NCBI GenBank assembly: GCA_028023455.1 | Contig: JAQFVV010000007.1 | Coordinates: 10,230,001 to 10,294,000 of the forward strand | Length of the DNA stretch: 64,000 bases | DNA from: Epiperipatus broadwayi | Lineage: Eukaryota; Animalia; Onychophora | Direction of reading: 5' to 3' | Shown here: piece by piece, positions 13,805 to 25,488 of the stretch | Numbering within the stretch: the stretch's first letter is position 1 | Layout of the letters: each line of letters begins with the position of its first letter | The notes under the pieces: model-generated | Seen by the model: only the letters and a program-made list of their open reading frames with translations | What the model was told of the DNA's origin: nothing | Databases searched by the model: none | Made by a program: the position numbers and the translations under genes

Positions 13805-14591
13805 CATTAGTTGTTCTTGTGACAAGACTCCCTCATGGTAAAATCAGACCTACAGTTTACAAAAAACCCACATATACAGAAAAATACTTAGCCTATACAT
13901 CCAATCATAACAGAAACATAAAACATAAGAATTATACAATCATTATAAAACAGAGAAAAAGAAGTTTGTTCAGAAACCAGTGATTTGAAAAAATAAAAAT
14001 GATTATCTACTGGCTATTATTAAGAAAAGATTCAATAGACAACAAAATAATGATAAAAAACAAGCAGTGGTACTGTAGTGTACCAATATATGCCAAAAAT
14101 AGCAAACAAATTAAGGAAAATCTGCAATCAGTATAACATTAGAACAGCTTTCCAGAGCCATAGCACACTATGAGAAATTTTAATATCTACAGAGTCTAAC
14201 GTGAAAAGGAAAAACTGCATCTATGAAATATCATGCGGATGTGGAAGGATATATATTGACAAGATCTGTTATCCCATTGAAAAGTGCTTGTATGGGCACA
14301 AACTGATGATTGCAAAAGAGAAAACAGATGTGTCTAAGAGATCATGTATGTACTAGTGAACATATCTTCAATTGTGAAAATGCAAAAACATCGGATAGAG
14401 AAGAAAAGTTACAAAGAAAATAAATTTAAAGAAGCTGCTCAAATGACAATGTCAAACAACCCCATAAGTCAATCTATTTTGACTATACATAATGTATGAA
14501 ACAACTTACAAACTTTGTTTTAGGAAAAATTGGAGAAATCAAGAAGAACTTCATTGATAAGTATGTAAATTTTCTACTGACTATTGCTTTT

Positions 14592-14674
14592 GGTAGAATG
14601 GCTCAGTTGGTTAGAGAATAACCTTAAAATGCAATATTCAAGAATCTAAGAGTCCAGATTCAATTCACATGCTA
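14592..14674 (+). other. tRNA-like Pol III A/B-box cassette inside the PLE 3' region; mirror copy at 12487-12569 (-)
   Basis: A-box tggctcagttgg. B-box-like gattcaattc here and ggtttgattc in the mirror copy. Box spacing is longer than a mature tRNA. No intact cloverleaf. Confidence 0.55.
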
Positions 14675-15259
14675 CTACTGTCACTGGTCAGGCCAGCAAC
14701 ACATGAAAAAAGAGAAGAATACTACCTCTTGAAACACTGTGCATATACTAATCTGTGTGCTATTACTAACAGATGAATGTATTGGGAATATTTAAATAAA
14801 CTTACATTTTATAAAGACATTCTATACTTATATTAGATGATGGAAATTGTCCACTATATAAATGCAACTAAAGACCATCATTACAAACCCTCAGAAAAAT
14901 ACTAACAATAGAATCATTGTCAGAAACCCAAACAAGATTCTTTTTCTTTTTGATGAAATGAAGCATTTTTTTATTTGGAACAAAGGTATTAAGAGTTTCA
15001 TATCACAGAAATATAATATTCTTCAAGATTCAAATTAGGAGTTTTAGTTTTTAATCTGTATTTTATTTTATAAGAATTTCTTCTCATCAACACTAGTTTA
15101 GTGCTTTGACATATCAACTCTAACTATGAGCTGTCAAAGTAAAGATCTACTTTATCAGTTCATGAATGTGCTTTTGTATAGATGATCCAGATGGAAGTAG
15201 GAAAACATTTTTATGTCATTTATTAATTTAAAAAGTTGGTTAATTAGTAATAACCTCAT

Positions 15260-16310
15260 TAATTGTTGCATAGACTGGAATATAGATATTCACATATTTT
15301 ACCTATTGCAAATGCCATTTAAAAGTCAGTTTTTAATGCTTTTATATAATTGATCTAGGTGATAATAATTTTTTTTTGTATTGTCATTAATTTGCAAATT
15401 TGATGTAATTAATTTAAAAGTCATTAATTGTTGCACTGAATACAGATTCTACCATGATTTATTTCACTGGAATACAGATGTTAACGTTATTTATCTACTG
15501 AAATTCCAGGTTAATACTCAATTTAAATAGCAGAAAGTTTTATACAGAATGTTCCCATGATATAAATTCATTTTTTAAAAAATTAAAGTAAAAATTACCG
15601 CCATACAGGAAAAACATAATTATGAAAAAATTACATAGACTGAAATATGATATTCACATTTTTACCTATTCCAAATGCCATTTAATAGTCAGTTTTTAAT
15701 GCTTTTATATAATTGATCTAGAGTTATAATTATTTATTAATCATACAGGAAATAAATGTAATACTTTTAAGACATGCTTTAACCTGTATCAAATGTGCCT
15801 TGAAATTTATTAGTCAAGCAATATCTTTATTTTGCTGATAGAAGGACTTCTCAAACCATGGCACAGGAGAGGACTTTTATAAAGGTAAGAGTGGCCATCT
15901 TATTTTTAACATAACTTTTTACTTATATAGGCCAATCTGAAGCATTTTGATTTGGGAGCATGAAGCTGTTGTTTTTTCTACAAAATAACATTCGTGAAAT
16001 CTTGCAATTTACAATGATAATAATTTTTTTTTGTATTTCCATTAATTTACAAATTTGATGCAATTAATCCAAAAATCATTAATTGTTGCATGAACTGAAT
16101 ATAGATTCTACCATGATTTACTTCATTGGAATACAGATGTTAACATTATTTATCTACTGCAATGCTAGGTTAGTACTCAATTAAAATAGCAGAATCCTGA
16201 TTTTTACATGGAAAGTTTTATAGAGGATGTTCCCATGCTATTAATTTAATTTTTTAAAAAACTTAAAGTAAAAATTACTCCTATAGAGAGAAAACAATTA
16301 TGAAAAAACT
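15260..16310 (+). repeat. Tandem repeat, ~365-bp unit, ~2.5 copies, interrupted by a ~280-bp insertion
   Basis: catagactg(g/a)aatat at 15269 and 15634. Block gataataattttttttgtat...attatgaaaaaa recurs at 15361-15630 and 16017-16308. Confidence 0.85.
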
Positions 16311-16556
16311 GTCTGATAGATTTAAAACATGTTTTCTCTCTTAAAAATTAAATAATTAAATTTTTTAAAGCTGAACAAAGAAACTTACCTATTTGTAGGC
16401 TTACAATAATTTTAAATACTGCACAAGGATCTCTAATATCTTTAAAACTAAGCAGGACTTTCCAGAGGCAAAACTCTTCATACAGTAGCACCATTCAGTG
16501 CAAGCCAGAGTAATCAATGAATGCAGAAAAGTTTGTGCATAAAATTCTTATCTAGT

Positions 16557-16719
16557 ATCTACTCATCCAATATCCCCAGACTTGATTCTAGTTTGTGGTT
16601 TTCACTAGTGAGGAGCCTTGGACCTGAGAGCACTGGACCTAGATCCTAGATCCAAGGACCTCTCTGATGAAAGACCCAAGCTAGAAACTAGTCTGGGGAT
16701 ATTGGATGAGTAGGCAATA
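16557..16719. mobile_element. Family B short fold-back of PLE-type terminal repeats with two decayed HHR motifs
   Basis: Arms 16557-16622 and 16651-16719 are reverse complements. Plus motif CTGATGA (16664) aagacccaagcta GAAA ctag TC tgggga has palindrome ACTAGT. Confidence 0.8.
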
Positions 16720-17659
16720 CATAGGGATATGGAGAATTTTACCTATGTGAAAAACACAGTCTTCACTCATAAATATTTGTGTAATATGATTTTTAATTTT
16801 TAATTAGAATGCAATCCATTAGATAACAGTGCTTTGAGAATGCACTTTTTCTTGCTTTTTTTAAATCAAATTTTTTCATGGTAGTCAACCCATGTATTGT
16901 GCAAAAGTTCAATAACAGCAGTTTATGTTATTATACAGTGACAATGCTGTTTACCATAGTTTATTGTCCTTATCAAAATATGATTTAAGTCTCAAAAAAT
17001 CCAGTGTTTAAAAAAGGTTGATATAATATAAATCAATGAAGAATAAAAGACTTCATTTTATTTGATGAATTTCTTGAATTAAAAGTATGTAGATAAAATG
17101 AACATAGGTTCACTAAAAAAATACTTTTTAATATTATTTGGCTTTCCTTGATATCCTGAAAAATTCTAAAAACATAAGATATCAAGTCAGACTTCAAAGC
17201 AAACCCAATGCTATAGTTTTTTATACATCATGATTTTCTATTTTAAAAAGAACTTGCAGCTATATATTTGTTTAATTAATATTTATTTTATTGAAAGAAG
17301 GACACTAAGAACTCCAGTCTTCATCTTAATCCTTTTGGGCTTCACACTTTTTTGACAACCTCTAATAGTTGTTTGAATTAAATTTCAAACTTTGTATTTT
17401 AACAAATTAATCTGTATTTTTTTAATTATATTTTCACAAATTTCAAATTATTTGTTAGAAATTAAATTTACAAACAAAAATCACTTTTAAAAATAATATT
17501 TCAACTTTGAAAATAAAGTATATAATTAGAATAACAGTTTTTGCTATTTCAAGTTACCAATGAAATGTATTGCAAATAAAATAAAATTTATTTTGATTAC
17601 ATTTCCAAAACTTAAATAAATTATTATTAAGAATCACAAAACAACAAAAATAATAAAAA

Positions 17660-18300
17660 ATGTCATTCTTTTGTTAATATTTCAAAGGATATTTTTCATA
17701 GTTTGTTTATATATTTGTAATTGTTTGCAAAATATTTGCGCAATATTTATTTTTTTAGCAAGAATATTATGATTAGATTCAGATTTTATTTGAAACTATT
17801 TGCTTTTAGAAGATGAGCAAATCAAGATAAATGTAGTAATATAGATTAGGGAGCTGTGATTAGCTAAAAAGGAATGCCACTATAATTATCATAGTAGTTA
17901 GTTTTTGTCATTTTTTGTTACTTTGTGTTTTCATAATAATAATTAATTCAGGTTTTAGAAATGGAATTAAACATTTTTTCACAATAATTTTTTTTATCAA
18001 TAAACAAAAGTCATTGTTCTGATTATGTGTTTCAGTTTGTTTCTACATTTTCAGAGCTGAAATATTATTTTCAACAATGATTTTAGCCAATCACAACTTT
18101 GAAATTTATGTTATTATATTTCTTTTGATTTGTCTTCTTCTAAAAGGAAATATTTTTAAATAAATGTAAATCTAAATATAATATTCTTCAAAAAAATAAA
18201 TATTGCACAAATATTTTGCAGTAGTAGTCATAAATATATTAGCAATTTATGGAAAATACACATTTTGATTTTTAAAATCTCAACAAATAAAAATGAATGG
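17660..18300. repeat. Old diverged fold-back (inverted repeat, ~200-bp arms)
   Basis: gcaaaatatttgcgcaatatttatttttt / aaaaaataaatattgcacaaatattttgc; agaagatgagcaaatcaag / tttgatttgtcttcttct; gctgtgattagctaaaa / ttttagccaatcacaac. Confidence 0.7.
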
Positions 18301-20220
18301 TTTCAAGTTCAGGTATGAGAAAAAATTCTACTAGTCAGTGGTATTGCCAGACTCTTTGATGATGATGATTCTTCTTGAGATATTTTAAAAATGAATAAAT
18401 CACTATGTATGTTGCTTTCAGTTTTTGTCATCAAATGAATACAAAATCAGAAATTGAACATTAAAAATAGCAATTTAAAGCTGAAACAACGAAAATAACA
18501 TCAACATTATTGCAATCTTATGGTCAAGTCAGTTTATGAATTAAGCCTTGATAATTTCTTAGCTACAAATGCCACTGTCTATTTAAATCTTAAATAGTTT
18601 ATATTATGTAAAGTTCATACATTTTGTGTAATTGTAGTGCAATACCTCCTTTATTACTATCATTATTTCCTGCTTTTCTATAATTGACATTACTGATCTT
18701 ATAATTATTTCTACTACTTTTTATAAGTGATTTGCCAGACATGGTGATCTAAAAAGATTGTGTGAGATAGATTATTTTAAATCACCTTTTTATAAAGACT
18801 TTGCTTTTAGGATAGGCTGGACAAGTTTTTAATTAGAGCTATCAAAATATATAATTATTTGCTATGTTTCCATACCATATCCTCTTTTTAATGCAAATCA
18901 CTATTCATTGAATTGTATGATACATAGATCACGGTTAAGTATTCACAATCTTCTAACCTTTTCTCATCATTTATGTTTCACTGCCAAGAATATGTACAAA
19001 AGGCAGGGGAGAACATTTAGCAGCAGAAATGTCTGTAATTACAAATGGAAATGCAAACACAGACATAATAATATAGTTTTAATTAATTCTAATTAATGAA
19101 GAACATAATCAATGGTATGAGGGGTCAGGACTACTTGGCTGTATGCTGTGAATACAGTAAGATAAAAGAATATAAAAAGAAGACAGATAAGATTACTTGT
19201 ATCAAAAACAATACCTAGGATTAGATTAATATAACATCTTATTCTACAAGATAGCGGAACTATTTTAAAAATCAGTCACTGCTTATTGATTATTCATAGA
19301 TATCACACCATTATTTCCCATCTATGGATCCCATTATATCACTTGTTTTCATGATTTAATTTTCCTAATATTTTAGTGCTATTTAAGGCCTTTCTAATAT
19401 TACAGTTGGTCAATGTTTATATTATTCTAAGATCAAAATTTTAGAAACAACTACATGATGTAAGATAGCAGGTTTAATAAAATATTAATTATCAAATGAT
19501 TTAATGCACTGTAAAAGACAGAAATGAGCTACAATACATAGACCATGAGCTCCAGAGTCTACCCCTCTACCCTTTACACCAAATTATGCAAGGCCAAAAT
19601 AACAGAATGATGTTACTACTCAAAAGTTTACAAGAAATTTGACACTGAAACTGATTAAAACCAGATCATGATTGGCCACCCAACTATTACACTAAAAACA
19701 CAGCAAAAATAATTAAATTGATTTACTGCTTTGAAGTTTATAAAAATGTTCAGCACTGGAAGAGCTATGGCTAGGCTGTAATCAATGAGTTTGAAGTCTA
19801 AATCCTGTCCTTCTACTCCTGCACCAAATTTCATAGGGCAAAAGTAATCAAATAGTTTATTTCTTGAAGTTCCTAAGAATTTTAAGCACTGGAAGTAACA
19901 GAGCAGGGTCACAGTTCATGGACCTTGAGCTTTAGAATCTGCATTCTATCATTACCCTCAAACCAAGCAGATAAAGTGGTAGCTGTGATGTAATGTTACC
20001 AAATGGTAATTAGGTTGTGTGATTATTGCCTTTTTATAAAAACCTCTCACTTTTCACTTTTTTAATTTATAAATCAAGAAAATATTTTAAATAATATATA
20101 AGATTACAAAAAAAATCAAATCAGATGTCACATGACCTAATTTAATAAGCTTGTATTTACAAATGTTATATATAAAGTTCACAAAATAAGCTCTTAATAA
20201 GCTTTGAGAATATCCCCAAG

Positions 20221-20258
20221 CCCAGACCGGTTTCTGCTACTGGCATCATCAGCAAGAT
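20221..20258 (-). ncRNA. Minimal type I hammerhead motif with perfect stem III palindrome ACCGGT; weak stem I
   Basis: Minus strand: tcttg CTGATGA TGC cagta GCA GAAA ccgg TC tggg. Confidence 0.65.
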
Positions 20259-21128
20259 ACTAGAATATTTAAGCATTAGATTAAAAATACCAGGATAAGC
20301 CCAGCACTTTATCTAATGTATAACTATTAAGTAGAAAATCCAAAATTTTTAGCCATCCATATGTCTTCTAATCCAGCTATTTAACTTAAATATCCACATG
20401 GGACTGAACTAAGTTCCGATACACTATATATTAATAGCTTTAGCAACATAGAATTGCCAAAGGCTTAATAGCAAAAAATAAAAATAAAAATAAAAATCAA
20501 ATCAGATGTCATATGACCTAATTTAATAAACTTGTATTTTTTGCTATTAAGGCATTAGCAATTTTATATTGCTAAAGCTGTTAATATATGGTGTAGCTTA
20601 ACTTTGTTCAGTCCCATATGGTTATTTAAGTTAGGTAACTGGATTGGAAGACATATGGATATCTGAAAATTTCAGATTTTCTACTTAATAGTTATTCATT
20701 AGATAAAGTGCTGGGCTTGTCCTGGTAATTTTAATCTAATGCTTAAATATCCTAGCACCTCGCTGATAGCAGAAACCAGTCTGGAGTTTGGGGATATTCT
20801 CAAAGCTTGTTAAGAGCTTATTTTGTGAGCTCTATATATAACATTTGTAAATACAAGTTTATTAAATTAGGTCATGTGACATCTGACTTGATTTTTTTTG
20901 TAATTTTATTTTTTGCTGTTAAGACTTTGGCAAGTTTATATTGCTAAAGCTATTAATATATGGTATATCTGAACTGAGTTCAGTCCTATATGACTATTTT
21001 GAGTTAGATAGCTGGATTGGAAGACATATGGATATCTGAAAGTTTCAGATTTTCTACTTAATAGTTATACATTAGATAAAGTGCTGGGCTTGTCCTGATA
21101 TTTTTAATCTAATGCTTGATATCCTAGT

Positions 21129-21168
21129 ACCTTACTGATGATGCCAGTAGCAGAAACCAGTCTGAGGT
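21129..21168 (+). ncRNA. Minimal type I hammerhead ribozyme (intact core)
   Basis: ACCTTA CTGATGA TGC cagta GCA GAAA C ca G TC TGAGGT: stem I 6 bp (one G-U), stem II 3 bp, stem III 2 bp, GUC cleavage triplet after 21162. Confidence 0.8.
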
Positions 21169-21469
21169 GAGCTCTATATATAACTTTGTTAATACAAGCT
21201 TATTAAATTAGGTCATATGACATTGGACTTGGGTTTTCTTTTTGTAATTTTATTTTTTGCTATTAAGGTTTGGTGATTTTATACTACTAAGCTATCAATA
21301 TATGGTGTATCTGAACTTAATTCAGTACCATATGGCTATTTAAGTTAGATAGCTGGATTGGAAGACATATGGATGTCTGAAAATTTCAGATTTTCTACTT
21401 AATAGTTATACATTAGATAAAGTGCTGGGCTTGTCCTGATATTTTTAATCTAATGCTTGATATCATAGT

Positions 21470-21509
21470 ACCTTACTGATGATGCCAGTAGCAGAAACCA
21501 GTCTGAGGT
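21470..21509 (+). ncRNA. Minimal type I hammerhead ribozyme (intact core), tandem partner of 21129-21168
   Basis: Identical 40-nt motif 341 nt downstream; predicted cleavage after C21503. Confidence 0.8.
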
Positions 21510-22029
21510 GAGCTCTATATATAACTTTGTTAATACAAGCTTATTAAATTAGGTCATATGACATCGGACTTGGGTTTTCTTTTTGTAATTTTATTTTTTG
21601 CTATTAAGGTTTGGTGATTTTATACTACTAAGCTATCAATATATGGTGTATCTGAACTTAATTCAGTACCATATGGCTATTTAAGTTAGATAGCTGGATT
21701 GGAAGACATATGGATGTCTGAAAATTTCAGATTTTCTACTTAATAGTTATACATTATATAAAGGGCTAGGCTTGTTCTGATATTTTTAATATAATGCTTG
21801 AATATCCTAGCACCTCACTGATGACACCATTAGCAGAAACTGGTCTGGGATTGGGGATATTCTCAAAGCATGTTAAGAGCTTATTTTGCAAGCTCTATAT
21901 ATAATGTACAAGAGTATGGAGAAAATTCTAATATTTGTAAGAACAGTTTAGGCTTTGCCTTGCATTGTATATATATATATTTATATATAAATGAATAAAT
22001 ATAATTTGTCAATAATATTGGCATCAACA

Positions 22030-22335
22030 AGAGAGTTGAACATTCCACCATCTGATTTTCAATGGTAGAGATAGCTGAAGAGTTAAAGGGCAGAGTCGAT
22101 TGAAGCCTGATCAATAAAATTTGAAGATTTGATATTTTAATATAAACTGAGCACTAATTTTATATATGTGTGTGAGATGTTGGTCTGGACTTACTTATGA
22201 GTGCTGGTTCAGCATGAAATACGTATATTGCATATCATTTATCTTTTTCACATATGTGTAGTCATGTGTATCATTTGTAGAGATAGATTGGATAGCTTAA
22301 ATGAGCTTAAAAGTGTTGGTTCAAATCCACTATAA
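22030..22335 (+). mobile_element. Family A non-autonomous PLE-like unit; HHR with core mutation CTTATGA (22194)
   Basis: Colinear with 34860-35160, 39630-39930 and 59590-59810; retains gtgctggttcagcatgaaatacgtatattg. Confidence 0.8.
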
Positions 22336-25300
22336 TTATATTGAAACAGTAAGATTTACTTTGCAAATCTTCGTTTCACCTTCTCTCATTTCTTTCCTAG
22401 CCCCATATCCTAGTTTAAACCCCAATTTATCGTAGTGTATACTGCCGCTTATATACCGAAATTCCGCCTAAATTAGATCACAAATGTAATAATACTTGTG
22501 ATAGATATAATTTTAAAACCCTAACATTAATAATTTATAAATTGCGAGTATGTGCATGTATACATATTCATTTTAAAAGGTAGGTCACAGACTGCGATAT
22601 ATTTTAAAACTTAAATAAAATAACAGTTTCGTTATTTAAAGTTGTTTTGTTTAAGTCTATTTATTTTAGAAATATTACACTCGTAATATTTGTTTTCATT
22701 TAGTAAAATAATATTTAACTGTAAATAGATTTAAACATTAGAATTTAAAGAGTAAATAATTTTGTTGTTTTTAGATTTATAAAAATCACGCTATAGATTT
22801 TATGTAATATGTAAATGAGGGCTGGGGAGATAACAATAGGCTTAATTAGTTAAATTTTGTAAAATTCATTAATTAGTGGCTTAAATATTTTGCCAACAGA
22901 TAAACAACAGGTCCACTCAGGTATGTTTTTTTAATTAAAATATTGTTAAAACAAAATGAAAGTTCTAATCCGAATATCTTAAAAGTCAAATTAATTACTA
23001 ATCCCTGTTTTCTGATATTCGGATAAGATAAGTGCAGCTTTTATTCTATTGTCACCTGGGTTGTTATATATAGAGCTTATTTTATTAATTGCTGTTGTTG
23101 TTGTTGTGCTATTGCGCTATGCTTATGCTATGCTTTTGCTATTATTCGATTCTGGTTTTGCTTATTCTTAATCTGTGTTCAGCTTTAAATATATTGTGCT
23201 TTGATTATGCTTTAGTCAACAGGCTAAAACTCTCCATATAGTAGTGCCTTATTAGTTGAACTCTGTTTTTGATTAGTTGAATTATTTTGAGAAGTATATT
23301 TTTATTAAAGCTGAAGTTTGCTGTATTTTAATTTTATAAATTTATTACAAGAAGCTAAAGTCAACTCTATACCATTAGAGAAATTTGTAAATTACCAGCC
23401 TTTGCCTATTGATAGCAGAATGTCTGAGTAGACTGGCAGGAAGGCTCTTCTTGGATAGCTAGTCCTGTGGCATCAGATCATCAGATACTCCGGACCTATT
23501 GTAAACTGCCACTGCTGCTGAAAATGTGTTGAAATTGATCACGGACTGAAGAGGCTGCCACCTCAAGAAAATGCTGCCTAACTTCTATTAAAGCTTCAAA
23601 TTAAAAACTGGATAAGTCAAAATGTGCATGGACTGCCCAATTGATATGAGGTCACCTCAATTAATCCAAGAGCTCTTGCATTGTATATTTCCTTTTAATG
23701 CTAGCTAAATTTAAATGTAATTTTTTTATTATAAAACTGTATAATTCTATAAATTATTTTGTAATCTAACCTGTGTGCTTTTCTTTCTATCCTTGGGTTG
23801 ATATTTTTCTATTTTATGTATTTGCTAATTTATTTTGTCTTTTATTATAGTAGTGTGCTTAGATAGTCACCGAATGAGTGAATTATTTCTGTCTCTTTTA
23901 TTAATAGGCCACCATATTATTGTGGATAAATTATATAACTGACCCCTTAGTAAATGTCTTATAAAATCGCTTGTTTAAGGGCTATTTTATTTTCTTTTAT
24001 TAAACTTCTAAATAATTGTTTGTAAGAAAGCTATATTTCACTTTTTTTTTTTATAATGTGAGGATATGCGTGAAATTAATAAGTGGACTATATAATACAG
24101 AAATGCATGACTATATATAATCTTATGCATACCTTTTAAATCATGCATTCCCTTACATTTTCTTATTTTAAAATAACTTATTTTATTGTATTTATCACAT
24201 AATTTTTGAACTGTAAAAGTTGAGGTCGAGAATGTGTGGACCATTTTAAAATTATTTAGAAATTGGTTAAGCACCTTTACTTATTTAGTTACCCCTTCTA
24301 TATATTTGTTTATGCTTTACATTGTGTGTTACCAGTGGAACATATGGGTTGTTGAGACCTGCTTTGTTTCTCTAGGGATTTATGGCTGAGATCTTTCCCT
24401 TTCCTTCTCACAGTTTCCAGATAGTGTATGAGCTAGAAAGCCATACCTGGGAATTTTACACCTAAGTCACCCAGCCACGGAGTTTATGGTAAAATGCCAG
24501 GCTCGGACTGTTTGTGACCAAAATCTTTCACAGGATTCATGGCAAGGCACCACCCCATCTGCTTTAATTTTATTGTTTATTATTTTATTTTTAATTTACA
24601 AAGCCATGCAGTTTTAATGTATCACTCTCCTTCCTACACATTGATCCTCTACTGGTACAAATATTCTCTTTTAATATTAAAGCTTTAGCAACTGTGTTTT
24701 ATCACAGTTAGTGTTTAATATTAAAGTTAATATTTTATTCAATTGCCCACATCTTAACCACTTCCTTGCCTCTAGCTCAGCGAGCTTTCATTTGCCATAT
24801 TCTTCAATTCAATACAAGTTCTTTTCTCAAATCTTAAATGTATAAATTGACTTAAGCAAACACTTGTTATATTCACCATAGTCCGCCTATATCTTGAAAC
24901 CAACCTTTCTTTATGTAACTGTACTTTTTATTATGATATTATCTTGCATTAACCTGAGGTATAGAGAGTATAAATAAATTAACAAGCCATTAATGTAAAT
25001 CTAAATGACACTTCATTAAATTTATGTCAAATATATATTTTAATGAGTTGATGGCACGGTCTGGCTTATACAGACAATGCTATCTTTATAATGTTTAATT
25101 AATAAACAGTATTTAAAATTTAATCATTTTGAATATATTTATTTATTTTCTGTGATTTACACCATTACTCTGGTCTATTTCACATTTTGTACTATACATA
25201 GTCCTTAGTTAGCAAACCTAATGATGTATTGTAATATAGAGTTTCTTGATTTTCCCTGACCACCGGCATCGGCAAGAAACTATGCTATTAGTAGCATCAG

Positions 25301-25488
25301 ATGTGTTATCACATAGGTGGCACTGTGGAGCATAGACTTTAGATTCAAACTTAGGATTTCTAGAAAACAACTCCTCCTAGAGTGTTGAGTTTCGGGTCTG
25401 GAGTTTGAAATGTGCAGTGTGTTAACGAGATAGATGAATCTGACCATTACAATATATATATTAATTCTAATATTCTGATGGATAAAAG

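Larger units (their letters stand above)
12316..14860. mobile_element. Decayed Penelope-like retroelement as a head-to-head inverted pair: left arm 12316-13621 (-), right arm 13805-14860 (+)
   Basis: Minus arm reads MGLPLSSLISNIYMEELE...KVWLQYVGDTFVV...IKFTIESEQEQKLAFLDILVTR...TLYRKPTH (PLE RT motifs 4-7 and thumb). Plus arm reads VLVTRLPHGKIRPTVYKKPTYTEKYL and IYEISCGCGRIYID (GIY-YIG). Both arms end in the family D terminal repeat. Confidence 0.9.
20103..21904. mobile_element. Family C retrozyme-like array: ~1.2 inverted units (20103-20538, -) followed by ~4 tandem units of ~341-372 bp (+), each with an HHR motif
   Basis: HHR cores at 20252 (-), 20763 (stem II deleted), 21135, 21476 and 21818. 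The last three are spaced 341 and 342 bp. The two central units are almost identical. Confidence 0.92.

Noticed and set aside
15842-15890. Exon-like segment ending in AG|GTAAGA
   Set aside because: Lies inside an interspersed repeat that also occurs at 2465-2640 and 33250-33500
20540-21904. CRISPR array or centromeric satellite interpretation of the tandem units
   Set aside because: No short repeat-spacer alternation and the DNA is eukaryotic. Low copy number, dispersed relatives with a TSD and hammerheads fit a retroelement better
23545-23580. CTGAAGA...GAAA as a hammerhead
   Set aside because: No stem II independent of the core, no stem III or stem I pairing
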